Of a stretch of DNA of 64,000 nucleotides, positions 1 through 9,664 are shown one piece after another. The position numbers and the translations under genes are program-made. Source of the DNA: an uncultured Burkholderiaceae bacterium (GTDB lineage: Bacteria; Pseudomonadota; Gammaproteobacteria; Burkholderiales; Burkholderiaceae_F); assembly GCA_964571375.1 (NCBI GenBank), contig CAZNBL010000002.1:3599-67598 (forward strand), in the 5' to 3' direction. How positions within the stretch are numbered: the first letter of the stretch is position 1; every line of letters begins with the position of its first letter. The notes beneath the pieces were generated by a model, which saw nothing but the letters and a program-made list of their open reading frames with translations, was not told the origin of the DNA and made no database searches.

Positions 1-26
1 TTTTTCAAAGCAACGGGGTTGAATTC

Positions 27-103
27 TGGTCGGAGTGAGAGGATTCGAACCTCCGACACCTGCGTCCCGAACGCAGTACTCTACCAGGCTGAGCTACACT
101 CCG
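27..103 (-). tRNA. tRNA-Pro (anticodon CGG), CCA encoded
   Basis: Reverse complement reads CGGAGTGTAGCTCAGCCTGGTAGAGTACTGCGTTCGGGACGCAGGTGTCGGAGGTTCGAATCCTCTCACTCCGACCA. It has acceptor stem CGGAGTG/CACTCCG, anticodon stem CTGCG/CGCAG with loop TTCGGGA (CGG), and T-arm GGTTCGAATCC. It is 77 nt, like E. coli proK. Confidence 0.9.
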
Positions 104-116
104 ATTGAAGAATTGA

Positions 117-145
117 ATTCTATCACCTATTTTTGAAAAGTGCAA
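117..145 (-). promoter_or_regulatory. Putative sigma-70 promoter for tRNA-Pro
   Basis: Minus strand reads TTGCAC (140-145), a 17-nt spacer, then TAGAAT (117-122). The -10 element ends 13 nt upstream of the tRNA 5' end. Confidence 0.45.
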
Positions 146-508
146 GCCCCGCAAAAACGAGACATTTTTTGAAGAAAAAATCTCTAAAGCCCGTCAAATC
201 CGCATCTTACGTGTTACGATTCATCGTATCCAAGCGCCGAACGGTTACTGATAGCAACAAATCTCGATTTACCCTTCGGGATGGCCCTTAGGAAACATTA
301 CCCTGTTTTCCTTTTTACACATGCTACAGACTGCTACCAGCAGTTTCTCGATGACTGGACGGAAACAGCCTTCCTGTGACGGAAGGAAACTAAGACGCGC
401 AGACTCCAGACTGCGGCACACAAAGCTGTGGAATGAGAGACCCTGCTTTTGAAAATATTCAAAGGCTTTCGGACCGAAGATGCGGTCCGAGCAGAAAGAT
501 TCACAATT

Positions 509-1837
509 ATGCAAACAAACAATCGATATATCGCCATCGGCCTGATGCTCTTTGCTCTGTTTTTCGGTGCAGGCAACCTTATTTTCCCCGCAGCTATGGG
601 ACAGAGCGCAGGTACTGACGTTTGGTGGGCTGTTGCCGGCTTCTGTATTACCGGTGTAGGTCTGCCCCTTCTCGGCATTGCCGCCATGGGTTACTCCGGT
701 TGCCGCGATCTTCAGGAAGCCGCCGGTCGTGTTCATCCCTGGTACGGTCTTTTTTACTGTGTCGTTTCCTACATGGCTATCGGTCCGTGCTTCGCACTTC
801 CCCGTACCGGTACCGTCTCTTACGAAATTGCCGTTCATCCTTTCTTCCAGAATATCGACAGCGCTATCGCTCAGCCGATTTTCCTCGCCTGCTTCTTCGG
901 TCTTTCTTATTGGCTCGCCGCTTCTCCGAACAAGCTCATCGACCGTATCGGCAAGGTTCTGACTCCGGCACTTCTGGTTGTTATTCTGGTTCTTATCGTC
1001 AAGTCTTTCGTCACCCCGCTGGGTGTTCCTCAGGCTCCGAGCGCCATCTATGCAGATGCAGGCAAATCCCTGATCCAGGGCGTACTCGACGGCTACAACA
1101 CACTTGACGCTATCGCCTCCGTCATCTTCGCTACGCTGGTAATCAACTTCATCAAAGACAGCGGCGTTACTGAAAAGGCTGAAATCACCCGTCAGGTCAT
1201 CAAGTCCGGCATTGTCGCCGCAATCCCCCTGGCCTTCATCTACGTCTTCATCGCCAAGATCGGCGCTGATTCCGTCACTACACTCGGCCATCTCGATACA
1301 GGTGCTCCCGTACTTGCCGGTGCCGCTCAGATCCTCTTCGGTCAGTTCGGCGCAATCCTGCTGGCACTTATCGTTCTGCTCGCCTGTCTGACGACTGCTA
1401 TCGGCCTGATCACCTGTTGCGCAGCTTACTTCATGAGCCTCTGCGGTCGCTTCTCCTACAAGACCTACGCCGCTCTCTTCTCTGTCGTCAGCTTCCTGAT
1501 CGGTCTCTTCGGCCTGAAGACAATCATCACTTCCACGATCCCGGTTCTGATGTTTATCTACCCGCTCGTCATGGCTCTGATCGCTCTGCTCTTCCTCGAT
1601 AAGGCATTCGGCGGCCGTCAGTGCGTCTATGCCTGGACAATGGGCTGCACACTGATCATGGCTACCATCACACTCTTCGAAACAGCCGGCGTTTCCCTCG
1701 GCGCTCTGAGCCCCTGGATGCAGCAGAATCTGCCGCTGCACAACGTCGGTATCAGCTGGATTCTCTTTGCTGCCGTCGGTTTTGTGATCGGTCTCATCTG
1801 GAAGGTTGTCTTCCCGTGCAAGAAGGCCGCCTGCTGA
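509..1837 (+). CDS. brnQ: Branched-chain amino acid transport carrier (LIVCS family, BrnQ)
   Basis: ORF 449..1837 trimmed to ATG 509. The N-terminus MQTNNRYIAIGLMLFALFFGAGNLIFPAAMGQSAG matches the BrnQ signature (E. coli ...FALFVGAGNIIFPP...). The protein is polytopic and hydrophobic throughout. Confidence 0.9.
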   Translation: MQTNNRYIAIGLMLFALFFGAGNLIFPAAMGQSAGTDVWWAVAGFCITGVGLPLLGIAAMGYSGCRDLQEAAGRVHPWYGLFYCVVSYMAIGPCFALPRTGTVSYEIAVHPFFQNIDSAIAQPIFLACFFGLSYWLAASPNKLIDRIGKVLTPALLVVILVLIVKSFVTPLGVPQAPSAIYADAGKSLIQGVLDGYNTLDAIASVIFATLVINFIKDSGVTEKAEITRQVIKSGIVAAIPLAFIYVFIAKIGADSVTTLGHLDTGAPVLAGAAQILFGQFGAILLALIVLLACLTTAIGLITCCAAYFMSLCGRFSYKTYAALFSVVSFLIGLFGLKTIITSTIPVLMFIYPLVMALIALLFLDKAFGGRQCVYAWTMGCTLIMATITLFETAGVSLGALSPWMQQNLPLHNVGISWILFAAVGFVIGLIWKVVFPCKKAAC

Positions 1838-1875
1838 TAAACAGCATATTGATTCCCGCCTGATAGGCTAAGATC

Positions 1876-1917
1876 GAGGTTCGAAGGATTGATTTCTTCG
1901 AACCTCTTCTTCTTTTT
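1876..1917 (+). terminator. Rho-independent terminator after brnQ
   Basis: Stem GAGGTTCGAAG (1876-1886) pairs with CTTCGAACCTC (1896-1906), followed by TCTTCTTTTT. Confidence 0.7.
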
Positions 1918-1941
1918 AAAACCATCGTTTCGGAGTGTTGT

Positions 1942-2544
1942 ATGTTCTTAATCGGATTAACCGGCGGTATCGGAAGCGGAAAATCGACTGCCGCACAACA
2001 CTTCAGAGATCTCGGGGTCGATGTGGTCGACGTCGATGCCGTCTCACGCTCTGTCACCGCGGCCGGCGGCGCCGGAATCGATGCCGTCAGAGAAGCATTC
2101 GGAGATGAAGCCGTCGACGCTTCGGGCGCCATGAACCGCGCCTATATCCGGGAATTGGTCTTCGAAAATCCGTCTGAAAGAAAGCGTCTGGAAGGCATCC
2201 TTCACCCGATTATCCAGAGAGAATCGCTCAAAGCGCTAGAAGCTGCGACCTCCCCCTACTGCATTGTCGATGTTCCCCTGCTCTTTGAAAGCGGCTTTTG
2301 GAAGGGTAAAGCCGACCGTATTCTGGTCGTCGACGTTCCTCAGGAAGTGCAGATCGAGCGAGTCAAACTGCGCAGCGGACTCACCGAAGAGCGCATTCTT
2401 TCGATCATCCGGGCACAAACCTCGAGAGGGGATCGAATCGCTCTTGCCGATGACATCGTAAGCAACACCCTCGGAAAAGAAGATCTTCAGAGGGCCGTCG
2501 GGTTACTTCATCAAAAATACCTCTCTATGGCTGATATCCGCTGA
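1942..2544 (+). CDS. coaE: Dephospho-CoA kinase
   Basis: N-terminal Walker A MFLIGLTGGIGSGKST; 200 aa; GGAG Shine-Dalgarno about 7 nt upstream. Confidence 0.9.
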   Translation: MFLIGLTGGIGSGKSTAAQHFRDLGVDVVDVDAVSRSVTAAGGAGIDAVREAFGDEAVDASGAMNRAYIRELVFENPSERKRLEGILHPIIQRESLKALEAATSPYCIVDVPLLFESGFWKGKADRILVVDVPQEVQIERVKLRSGLTEERILSIIRAQTSRGDRIALADDIVSNTLGKEDLQRAVGLLHQKYLSMADIR

Positions 2545-2704
2545 TCGGAATCTTCTGTATTTTTTTCTTTTCCGCCGATAACTTCTGTGATATCTTCAGA
2601 CAAGTGTTCCTAGGATTTCAATCGGAATAGAAGGGACACTTCGGGGATCAGGCTCAGAAATTCTGAGAACTGATTGATGTACAAACTCCGCTGCAGGTTC
2701 GGCG

Positions 2705-3472
2705 ATGGAAACTAACCTTCTGAGATACGAGTTTCCGACAAATGAAAAGATCCGTACCTTCCTACGGCTCTCGGATTTGTTTACCCAACTCGAATGGCTC
2801 GCTGCTCAAAACAACTATCACAGCCATGAGGCTGCGCTCCTGAAATATTTCGATATTCAGGATGCAACTCAGCGCGGCGATCAGAAAAACGACATCATTC
2901 AGGAACTCGAACGAAACCGACTGACGCTCTCGCAGCTTGCAAACTGCCCGGCAGTCGATCAGGAATCCCTGCATAACACTCTCGAGAGAATCAGCCAGGC
3001 TGTCACTGAAATCAACAGTGTCGGCATGCGCTTGTCTCACCTCTCAACACAGAATGAATTCCTGCGTACATTAAGCCAGAGATCTGCTATTCCCGCAGGC
3101 TTCTGCGAATTCGATATTCCGACATATCACCATTGGCTGCACCTGCCGGACGAAGTCCGTAAAAGTCATCTGAACCAGTGGATTTCTCCGATGAAGGTCT
3201 ACCACCGGGCCGTCGATCTGATTCTGGAAATTCTTCGCGGAACATCGGAAGTTCAGAAAAACATGATTGCCAAAAACCGTGCGTTCGAAATGCCGACGCA
3301 GGGTAAAAACGTTCCCTTAGTACAGATTTATGTCGACACCAAATACGGTGTCGTTCCGAAGGTTTCGGCCAACAAATACATGCTGTCCGTACGCTTTATT
3401 CCTTCTGGTTTTGAAGATACGGCATCGATCCCGAACGATATCCCGTTTGAATTCGGTCTCTGTGCCATCTGA
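2705..3472 (+). CDS. zapD: Cell division protein ZapD (FtsZ-associated)
   Basis: 255 aa. The N-terminus YEFPTNEKIRTFLRLSDLF resembles E. coli ZapD/YacF (YEHPLNEKMRTWLRIE). It sits in the conserved coaE-zapD-yacG neighbourhood. Confidence 0.85.
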   Translation: METNLLRYEFPTNEKIRTFLRLSDLFTQLEWLAAQNNYHSHEAALLKYFDIQDATQRGDQKNDIIQELERNRLTLSQLANCPAVDQESLHNTLERISQAVTEINSVGMRLSHLSTQNEFLRTLSQRSAIPAGFCEFDIPTYHHWLHLPDEVRKSHLNQWISPMKVYHRAVDLILEILRGTSEVQKNMIAKNRAFEMPTQGKNVPLVQIYVDTKYGVVPKVSANKYMLSVRFIPSGFEDTASIPNDIPFEFGLCAI

Positions 3473-3496
3473 TACATCGACTGCTTTAGAATGCAC

Positions 3497-3529
3497 AACT
3501 GACGGCTTAATGCCGTCAGTTTTCTTTTT
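3497..3529 (+). terminator. Rho-independent terminator after zapD
   Basis: Stem AACTGACGGC (3497-3506) pairs with GCCGTCAGTT (3512-3521), followed by TTCTTTTT. Confidence 0.7.
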
Positions 3530-3555
3530 GAACCGTAATAAGCCTGCATAAAACC

Positions 3556-3801
3556 ATGGTACTGAAAGTTAAATGCCCGACCTGTCACCGCGATGTCGAA
3601 TGGACTAAGGATTCTCCCTGGCGCCCCTTCTGCTCGGAGCGCTGCAAACTGATTGATTTAGGTGCCTGGGCCAACGGCGATTACGTTATTGCCGGAAAGC
3701 CTGTCGAAGCTGACGACGAGCTTGATATCGGCTCCGACAACCTTGCCTCCGGCATCATGCCCGATACGGCTGCAGCCACCCGCACTAAGGGCAGACAGTA
3801 A
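3556..3801 (+). CDS. yacG: DNA gyrase inhibitor YacG (zinc-ribbon protein)
   Basis: CPTC...[20 protein letters not shown] is the YacG zinc-ribbon motif. The protein is 81 aa with an acidic C-terminal tail. Confidence 0.85.
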   Translation: MVLKVKCPTCHRDVEWTKDSPWRPFCSERCKLIDLGAWANGDYVIAGKPVEADDELDIGSDNLASGIMPDTAAATRTKGRQ

Positions 3802-4186
3802 CCTCCTGCATGATCGGCTTCGTTGCCGGAAGAATCGGATCGGGAAGGTCTTCGAGTGTAAAAAAGCCGAATTTCTGACCTTCCCTGCCCGTCGGAAGCC
3901 CGCTCCAATCGGAGCTGCGGCAGAAGTGCAGACGCACGGTCGCATGCGGATAGGTAAAGACCTTCGTCAGAAAGAAGTCAACGGATCCGACGGTCAGTCC
4001 CAATTCTTCAAACAATTCTCTTCTTACCGCTCCTGCAGCATCCTCTCCGGGTTCGATCTTGCCGCCCGGAAACTCCCAGTAACCGGCATAAACCTTTCCC
4101 TCGGGACGGCTTCCCATCAGAAATCGCCCGTCCTTATCAAACAACACGGCAACCGCAACTTCAACGATATCGACTGCTTCGGTCAT
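3785..4186 (-). CDS. NUDIX hydrolase (MutT-like nucleoside triphosphate pyrophosphohydrolase)
   Basis: Nudix box [23 protein letters not shown]. Start set to ATG 4186, which overlaps the stop of the upstream DUF815 gene (ATGA). An alternative start lies at 4207. Confidence 0.8.
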   Translation of the reverse strand: MTEAVDIVEVAVAVLFDKDGRFLMGSRPEGKVYAGYWEFPGGKIEPGEDAAGAVRRELFEELGLTVGSVDFFLTKVFTYPHATVRLHFCRSSDWSGLPTGREGQKFGFFTLEDLPDPILPATKPIMQEVTVCP

Positions 4187-5109
4187 TCGATTTCCTTCAG
4201 AGCGCATCGGCCGACCCAGTCACGGGCAAACTGATGAGCGATACGACCGGAGCGGGAACCGCGGTGAAGAGCAAATCTCAGCGCCTCGCCTCTCCAGTTT
4301 TCGTCGGTTTTACCGCCGAGCGCAATCGTCCATCCTTCGGCAATTCGAAGATATTCGTCCTGCGTATAGGGATAGAAGCTCAGCCAAATACCGAATCTCT
4401 CCGACAGCGACAGTTGCTCTTCGATAGTTTCTGCCGGATGCAGGTCGCCCTTTTCATCGAGGTGACTCGATACATTGTCTTCCATACGCTCGGGAAGGAG
4501 GTGTCTGCGGTTGGATGTAGCATAGATAAGCATGTTGTCGACAGAAGCCGCCGCAGAGCCGTCTAAAGCCGCTTTAAGCGCTTTATAGCCGGATTCTCCG
4601 ACCTCAAAGGAAAGGTCGTCGCAGAAAATCAGAAATTTCTCAGGACGCTTTCCGACAAGAGAAGTGATTTCTCCGAGATCGCCGAGATCATGCTTATCGA
4701 CCTCGATCAGACGCAGACCGTCCTTATAGAAGGCTGTCAGCGCAGCACGGATCAAAGACGATTTACCGGTACCCCGCGCGCCCGTCAGAAGAATATTGTT
4801 GGCCGGAAAACCTTTGACAAACTGCTCGGTATTGGCAAAGAGACGCTTCTTCTGCTCATCGATATTCAGAAGGTTTTCGGCTTCTACATAAGCCACCTGC
4901 CCGATCGGCTCAAGCTCTCCGACCTCGATACCGAGATAACGTTTTTTTCTCCAGCGGAAAGCCGGTGCAGACCAATCGATATCCTCTTCGCTTTTCGGCA
5001 AAAGAGGTTCGATGCGACGAAGGATTTCGATAACGGCACGTTCAGTGTTGGCTTCCATAAAACCTCTCGTATTGATTCCGTTCATGCGTGCCTCACCGCT
5101 CTGCAGCAA
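4183..5109 (-). CDS. AAA-type ATP-binding protein (DUF815-like)
   Basis: Walker A LLTGARGTGKSS and Walker B-like FLIFCDDLSF; 308 aa. The family call is from memory of DUF815 proteins that lie next to mutT-like genes in Betaproteobacteria. The start is uncertain (M1, M9 or M18). Confidence 0.7.
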   Translation of the reverse strand: MLQSGEARMNGINTRGFMEANTERAVIEILRRIEPLLPKSEEDIDWSAPAFRWRKKRYLGIEVGELEPIGQVAYVEAENLLNIDEQKKRLFANTEQFVKGFPANNILLTGARGTGKSSLIRAALTAFYKDGLRLIEVDKHDLGDLGEITSLVGKRPEKFLIFCDDLSFEVGESGYKALKAALDGSAAASVDNMLIYATSNRRHLLPERMEDNVSSHLDEKGDLHPAETIEEQLSLSERFGIWLSFYPYTQDEYLRIAEGWTIALGGKTDENWRGEALRFALHRGSRSGRIAHQFARDWVGRCALKEIE

Positions 5110-5191
5110 GGCGTTTCCGTTACCTACATTTTATCGAATGACCCGGCTCGGACCGCGTGTTGCCGCCTCTGATTTAGCTGCTTTTCGCTTT

Positions 5192-5227
5192 CCCAAACGA
5201 ACAAGGCCCCGGTTTCCCGAGGCCTTG
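5192..5227 (-). terminator. Probable terminator after secA
   Basis: Hairpin CAAGGCCCCGG/CCGAGGCCTTG (5202-5227, one mismatch). On the minus strand it is followed by TTCGTTTGGG. Confidence 0.45.
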
Positions 5228-5259
5228 AGTTCTATCTGCGATGACAGATTAAGACGTTA

Positions 5260-7923
5260 TCAGCTGAGCTTGCCGTGGCAGTCTTTGTACTTCTTGCCGC
5301 TGCCGCAGGGGCACGGATCGTTACGACCGACGTGAGCAAACTTATGAGCTTCGGCAGCAGCTTCTGCCTTCTGCTGAGCTTCGAGAGCAGCCTGTTCCTG
5401 AGCGGTTTCCTCAGGTGTCTTCTGGCGGATCTGAACGTTCATCAGCACGCGTGTAACGTCTTCGCCGACCTGTTCAAGCAGACCCTGGAAGAGCATGAAT
5501 GCTTCGCGCTTATATTCCTGCTTCGGCTGCTTCTGAGCGTAGCCGCGCAGATGGATACCCTGGCGCAGAGCGTCGAGCTGTGTGAGGTGTTCTCTCCAGC
5601 GCTGATCGAGGAACTGCAGAAGAATATTGCGTTCGAACTGTGCAAAGGCTTCTTTGCCGACCAATTCGACCTTTTCGTCATAAACCTTGTGAGTTGCATC
5701 AAGCAGCATCTGCAACAGTTCTGTGTCGTCGGAACTGTCGGACTTTTCAAGAGCAGCCTTGAGCGGAACTTCAAGATTCCATTCTGCACGCAGAACCTGT
5801 TCGAGACCTTCGAGATCCCACTGTTCTTCAACGGTATCGGCAGGTACAAAGTTGCGGAAGAGACCGGTGAAGTAACCGTCGCGCAGTTCCTGAACCGGAG
5901 CAGAAACTTCCTGGTTTTCAAGAATCTGGTTACGGAGATCGTAAATTTCATGACGCTGATCGTTGGCAACGTCATCGTATTCAAGCAGCTGCTTACGGAT
6001 ATCGAAGTTGCGGGATTCGACCTTACGCTGAGCGCTTTCGATCGAGCGGGTCACGATACCTGCTTCGATAGCTTCGCCTTCGGGCAGACGAAGCTTGTTC
6101 ATCAGGCTCTGCATTCTTTCGCCTGCAAAGATTCTGAGCAGCGGATCTTCCATGGAAAGATAGAAGCGGGAGCTGCCGGGGTCACCCTGACGGCCGGCAC
6201 GGCCGCGCAGCTGATTGTCGATACGACGGGATTCGTGACGTTCGGAACCGATGATGCGCAGACCGCCGAGAGCGAGAACTGCATCGTGTTCCTTCTGCCA
6301 TTCGGCCTTCATTGCAGCAATCTTTTCCTGCTTCTGTTCGGCGCTCAGAGATTCGTCGATTTCAACAGCGTGAACAGCCTTGTTGATACCGCCGCCGAGC
6401 ACGATGTCGGTACCGCGGCCGGCCATATTTGTAGCAATCGTCACAGCACCGAGACGACCGGCTTCAAGCACGATCTGAGCTTCCTTTTCGTGCTGCTTGG
6501 CGTTGAGCACGTTGTGCGGAATGTTTGCAGCAGCAAGCATGCGGCTGATCAGCTCAGAGTTTTCGATGGAAGTTGTACCGACAAGCACCGGCTGCTTGCG
6601 GGCGTAGCAGTCCTTGACGTCATCGAGGATAGCCTTGTACTTTTCAGCGGCTGTTCGATAAACCTTATCCTGCTGGTCATCGCGGATCATTTCGCGGTGA
6701 GTCGGGATAACGACGGTTTCAAGACCGTAAATTTCCTGGAATTCATAAGCTTCCGTATCGGCTGTACCGGTCATACCGGAGAGCTTTTCATACATACGGA
6801 AGAAGTTCTGGAAGGTAATGGAAGCGAAGGTCTGGTTTTCCTGCTGGATCTGTACGCCTTCCTTAGCTTCGACAGCCTGGTGCAGACCGTCGGACCAGCG
6901 GCGGCCCTTCATGAGACGGCCGGTAAATTCGTCAACGATGACGACTTCGCCGTTCTGAACGACATAGTGCTGATCGCGGACAAAGATGCTGTGTGCGCGA
7001 AGTGCTGCATTGAGGTAGTGCAACAGCATGATGTTCTGCGGAGAGTAGAGGCTCTGGCCTTCCGGCAGCAGACCCATCTGACTCATGATCATTTCGACCT
7101 TTTCATGGCCGGCTTCGGAGAGCTGTACCTGGTGACCCTTTTCGTCAACCCAGTAGTCGCCCTCGCCCTTTTCTTCCTTCTGGCGTGTCAGCTGATCGGG
7201 AATCTTATCGATGGCGATATAGATATCGGTATTGCCTTCGGCAGGACCGGAAATGATGAGCGGAGTACGGGCTTCGTCGATAAGGATGGAGTCCACTTCG
7301 TCGACGATTGCATAGGCAAGGCCTCTCTGACGACGCTGAGCGACATCGTATTCCATGTTGTCGCGCAGGTAGTCAAAGCCGAATTCGTTGTTGGTACCGT
7401 AAGTAATGTCGGCAGCGTATGCAGCCTGCTTGTCGGCGTTCGGCTGATTGGACAGAATCGTACCGACGCTCATACCGAGGAAGTTGTAGAGGCGGCCCAT
7501 CCATTCGGCGTCGCGGCTTGCAAGGTAATCGTTGACGGTCACCACATGACAGCCCTTGGCAGGCAGAGCATTGAGGTATACAGCCAAAGTAGCGGTCAGT
7601 GTCTTACCTTCACCGGTTCTCATTTCGGCAATCTTGCCGTCATTCAAAACCATACCGCCGATGAGCTGTACATCGAAATGGCGCATTCCCAAGACTCGGA
7701 AGCTGGCTTCACGAACCACCGCAAAGGCTTCGGGCAGAATTGCGTCGAGCGTTTCACCCTTAGCGAGGCGATCACGAAACTCTTGCGTCTTTCCGCGCAG
7801 CTCTTCATCGGTGAGCTTTTTGATTTCGGGTTCGAGCTTATTGATTTCTGCAACACGACGTCGATACTGACGGATCAAACGGTCATTGCGGCTGCCGAAA
7901 ATCTTAGTAAGAAAACTTGCCAT
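5260..7923 (-). CDS. secA: Preprotein translocase ATPase SecA
   Basis: 887 aa. N-terminus [20 protein letters not shown]; motor motifs MRTGEGKTL and [19 protein letters not shown]; C-terminal zinc motif [15 protein letters not shown]. Confidence 0.97.
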   Translation of the reverse strand: MASFLTKIFGSRNDRLIRQYRRRVAEINKLEPEIKKLTDEELRGKTQEFRDRLAKGETLDAILPEAFAVVREASFRVLGMRHFDVQLIGGMVLNDGKIAEMRTGEGKTLTATLAVYLNALPAKGCHVVTVNDYLASRDAEWMGRLYNFLGMSVGTILSNQPNADKQAAYAADITYGTNNEFGFDYLRDNMEYDVAQRRQRGLAYAIVDEVDSILIDEARTPLIISGPAEGNTDIYIAIDKIPDQLTRQKEEKGEGDYWVDEKGHQVQLSEAGHEKVEMIMSQMGLLPEGQSLYSPQNIMLLHYLNAALRAHSIFVRDQHYVVQNGEVVIVDEFTGRLMKGRRWSDGLHQAVEAKEGVQIQQENQTFASITFQNFFRMYEKLSGMTGTADTEAYEFQEIYGLETVVIPTHREMIRDDQQDKVYRTAAEKYKAILDDVKDCYARKQPVLVGTTSIENSELISRMLAAANIPHNVLNAKQHEKEAQIVLEAGRLGAVTIATNMAGRGTDIVLGGGINKAVHAVEIDESLSAEQKQEKIAAMKAEWQKEHDAVLALGGLRIIGSERHESRRIDNQLRGRAGRQGDPGSSRFYLSMEDPLLRIFAGERMQSLMNKLRLPEGEAIEAGIVTRSIESAQRKVESRNFDIRKQLLEYDDVANDQRHEIYDLRNQILENQEVSAPVQELRDGYFTGLFRNFVPADTVEEQWDLEGLEQVLRAEWNLEVPLKAALEKSDSSDDTELLQMLLDATHKVYDEKVELVGKEAFAQFERNILLQFLDQRWREHLTQLDALRQGIHLRGYAQKQPKQEYKREAFMLFQGLLEQVGEDVTRVLMNVQIRQKTPEETAQEQAALEAQQKAEAAAEAHKFAHVGRNDPCPCGSGKKYKDCHGKLS

Positions 7924-8181
7924 TGTTACTATCTCTTTTCAAAATTTGCTCGGCTGCCGTCAAGTAACGCACTTGCCGAGCATATACATACTGCCCGAGC
8001 TGCCGATAAAAGGTCGCAGAAATGCGAATTTATGGATTTTATCAAAGATACGGGAGAGTTCCCTATGTATTTTCACTGCCCCGCACTCTGATAAAACTGT
8101 GACAAACCAGAGCTTTTTTGATAACGTCGATAGACGGTTCAACACCGCTCGATTCTCGCACCGTTACCTTTCTTATATCTT

Positions 8182-8748
8182 ATGGCATCACGTCAGAATT
8201 CAAGAGCATTCGCCAAGCGAAAAGGCTTTGTCGGACAATTTCTGCAAAACGGCGGGCTGGCCGAAAAAATGGAAGCCGTCGAGGTGGCCGACCATATTGC
8301 ATCGGTCATCGCTCCGCTCTGCAAAGCACATATGCTCGGCTCCGAAATTACCGGTGCCCAGTGCGAAATCACCCGCCAATGGATTCGGAAAACTTATGAC
8401 GATCCTTACGAAAGAGATGACGAGGATCCGTTTGCAAGAGAAGAAAGACTGGTGCTGCGGCTGCACCTGAAAAACACCGCATCTTTGGCGCGCCTCAAAC
8501 AGATTAAAAGCACGCTGGAGGCTGCCTTGATGAACCGCGGCTTCGGCAACCTCATGATCGAGGGTATTTGCGACCCGAAAGCCTATCAGGGATTGGAAAG
8601 ACCGGAAAAGGCACCTTTTGTCGCCCGTAAATGCTACGACAAGGCAAGTATCGCCGCAGAAAAGGTTGCCGCATCCCTGGAAGAAAAATCGCCGCTTAAA
8701 GCGGCGATGATGAAACTCTCTGCGGCACTCGCCGAGAAGAAATCTTAG
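8182..8748 (+). CDS. Hypothetical protein, possibly DUF721/DciA-like
   Basis: 188 aa. It lies between secA and lpxC, where Betaproteobacteria often carry a DUF721 gene. The segment [32 protein letters not shown] fits the DUF721 pattern by eye only. Confidence 0.45.
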   Translation: MASRQNSRAFAKRKGFVGQFLQNGGLAEKMEAVEVADHIASVIAPLCKAHMLGSEITGAQCEITRQWIRKTYDDPYERDDEDPFAREERLVLRLHLKNTASLARLKQIKSTLEAALMNRGFGNLMIEGICDPKAYQGLERPEKAPFVARKCYDKASIAAEKVAASLEEKSPLKAAMMKLSAALAEKKS

Positions 8749-9656
8749 ATCTTCAAAGCTGTTGTAAAAGCTTCGGAAACGCTCTTATCGGCAGCATCGA
8801 GAGTCACGATTTCATAGCAGTCTTCGTGGGCGAGAAGCTCACGGAGAAGCTTGTTGTTGAGATCATGACCGGACTTATAAGCACTGTAGTGAGCGATAAG
8901 CGGACTGCCTAAAACATAAAGGTCGCCCATTGCATCGAGCACCTTGTGCTTGGCAAATTCATCCTTGGCACGAAGACCGCCAGAGTTGAGCACGTGGTAA
9001 TCGTCCATCACGATGGCGTTGTCCAGAGTACCGCCCTGAGCCAGACCGAGAGCACGCAGTGTTTCAAGGTCGTTCACAAAGCCGAATGTTCTGGCGTAAG
9101 ACACGTCGCGGATGTAATTGTCGCGTCCGAAATCCACTTCTACGTACTGAGCCGTGGCGTCGATCGCCGGATGACCGAATGCAATCGAGAACGAAAGCTT
9201 GTAGCCGTTGTACGGATCAAGCTTGGCCCACTTGTCGCCGAGATGAATCTGTACGGGCTTGGTCACGCGTACGAACTTTCTCGGAGCTTCCTGCTCTTCG
9301 ATTCCTGCGGCCTGAATGAGGAACACAAAGGTTGCGCCCGAACCGTCCATGATCGGAATTTCCGGAGCATCGACATCGATATAGAGATTGTCGATGCCCA
9401 TACCGGACAGAGCGCTCATCAGATGTTCAATCGTTGCGATGCGCACGCCGTCCTTATCGAGGGTCGTCGCCATACGGGTGTCATTGACACGTGTCGGCTC
9501 AGCCTTGATGGATACCGGCGGATTGACGTCGGTTCGGGTGAACACCAGACCGGTATCGACCGGTGCCGGACGCAGCGTTAAAGAAACTTTACGTCCGGAA
9601 TGCAGGCCGATACCTACTGTTGAGAATTCTGACTTAAGCGTCCTTTGCTTAATCAT
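8745..9656 (-). CDS. lpxC: UDP-3-O-acyl-N-acetylglucosamine deacetylase
   Basis: N-terminus [39 protein letters not shown] is typical of LpxC. 303 aa, immediately downstream of ftsZ. Confidence 0.95.
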   Translation of the reverse strand: MIKQRTLKSEFSTVGIGLHSGRKVSLTLRPAPVDTGLVFTRTDVNPPVSIKAEPTRVNDTRMATTLDKDGVRIATIEHLMSALSGMGIDNLYIDVDAPEIPIMDGSGATFVFLIQAAGIEEQEAPRKFVRVTKPVQIHLGDKWAKLDPYNGYKLSFSIAFGHPAIDATAQYVEVDFGRDNYIRDVSYARTFGFVNDLETLRALGLAQGGTLDNAIVMDDYHVLNSGGLRAKDEFAKHKVLDAMGDLYVLGSPLIAHYSAYKSGHDLNNKLLRELLAHEDCYEIVTLDAADKSVSEAFTTALKI

Positions 9657-9664
9657 CCGTTGCC

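Noticed and set aside
269-1741. 490-aa minus-strand ORF opposite brnQ
   Set aside because: It is the same shadow-ORF phenomenon, in the same triplet phase as brnQ. The product is acidic and low-complexity with no motifs.
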